Under the pieces are notes generated by a model. The model had not been told where the DNA came from and searched no databases. It saw only the letters and a program-made list of their open reading frames with translations. From Balanoglossus misakiensis (taxonomy: Eukaryota; Animalia; Hemichordata): a stretch of DNA of 64,000 bases. This document shows positions 63,066 to 64,000 of this stretch, one piece after another. Position 1 is the first letter of the stretch; each line of letters starts with the position of its first letter. A program made the position numbers and the translations under genes. The DNA lies in assembly GCA_040954595.2 (NCBI GenBank), contig CM082589.2, positions 11,854,894 to 11,918,893 of the forward strand, read 5' to 3'.

Positions 63066-64000
63066 CTAAGTCTGTGCTTCCAACAATGTGCACAACTTAT
63101 CATATGGTCTTTCTAAAACACTGGATCTGGTCTTCACCAATACTCGTCTCACCACCCCTTTCCGATCAGGCATAACTTTGACGATTACACCCAAAGGCCA
63201 CGCATTTCTGGAGGTGTTCTCCTCCTTTTCCAATACAAATCTGACAGATACTGCACTTGCTTCCATCTGTGAACAGCATACAAGTCGTTCTTCTCCGTCA
63301 CACCAGGGGGTGTTGCTACTCCCTTCATAGTAAGCAACATACTGGGTGTCAATGCTTTTGAGTCTCTAGCGTCGTCCGACGATACTGTAATCTCATGCGG
63401 TCCATCTGTACGACGACTTTTGTTCTTGGCACATCTCAACAATGTGTCAACCACTTTACGTATCCAGGCCACTGCTTTCTTCAGTTTATACCAACTGGAG
63501 TAGTGGTCTATCATTTTCTGAACCGTCTCCTCGGCATTAACGGACATGGATCGATCCGCCCCTTTGTCAGGCGTCTGTCGTTCTCCCGAAACAACAGGTA
63601 CTGTTCCCAACACACGGGTACAGTTTCTTCTTCCGACCTCAAGGCTATTCTATGCACTAGTGCAGATTTCTTCACCTCTGGATCTTCTGGATCTAGCTGT
63701 GTATTGTAGCTATCACTTGGCCATTTGTCTTGTGTCTTCCGCAAGAAATCAGGACCACCTATCCATCTTTCGTTCTTCAGAAAAGCATCTATTTTCTGAC
63801 CTCTAGAGCACTCATCTGCCGGGTTGTCACTGGTATTAATGTAGCGCCAGTTCGCTGGGTCTGATCCTCCTCGAATCACTGCTAGTCTATTCGCCACGAA
63901 GGCATGAAATCTTGTGGTTTCGTTGTTTATGTACCGCAGCACGGTTTTGCTATCCGTTCAAAACACGGATTCATTGATTGGCAAATCCATCTCCTTTCTG
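63066..64000 (-). pseudogene. pol: BEL/Pao pol remnant: end of RNase H and integrase C-terminus, integrase core deleted
   Basis: TDSKTVLRYINNETTRFHAFVANRL, NPADECSRG, YSSWYKLKKAVAWI, then directly SDDARDSKALTPSMLL, RWKQVQYLSDLYWK and RNAWPLG...ERPYDKLCTLLE. Confidence 0.9.

Larger units (their letters stand above)
62311..64000 (-). mobile_element. BEL/Pao LTR retrotransposon 3, 3' part (continues beyond the window)
   Basis: 3' LTR, PPT-like tttgggggctgg (62698-62709, minus strand), 3' UTR and pol remnants. Confidence 0.9.

Overview
Eukaryotic (probably invertebrate animal; inference) repeat-only DNA with no host protein gene, RNA gene or CRISPR array that I can support. The backbone is a ~1.9-2.05 kb macrosatellite whose monomer has three parts: a GC-rich block of ~10 x 81-bp subrepeats alternating as a 162-bp A/B dimer, an AT-rich block of ~2.5 diverged ~335-bp subrepeats, and a poly-C tract with a ~200-bp spacer. 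Three different, decayed BEL/Pao LTR retrotransposons interrupt the array: 2063-12176 (+), 52462-58890 (-) and 62311-end (-). A 2.2-kb non-coding TIR element (32587-34778) also interrupts it. The integrase of the first BEL element holds a nest of non-autonomous DNA elements with inverted 69-bp arrays and a BEL LTR-PBS-gag fragment. A ~12-kb block of six monomers (35945-47917) is an inverted copy of ~15873-27860, entered through a multi-switch microhomology junction. Nearly all short ORFs in the track are satellite or antisense artefacts. Family assignments come from recalled motifs, not database searches.
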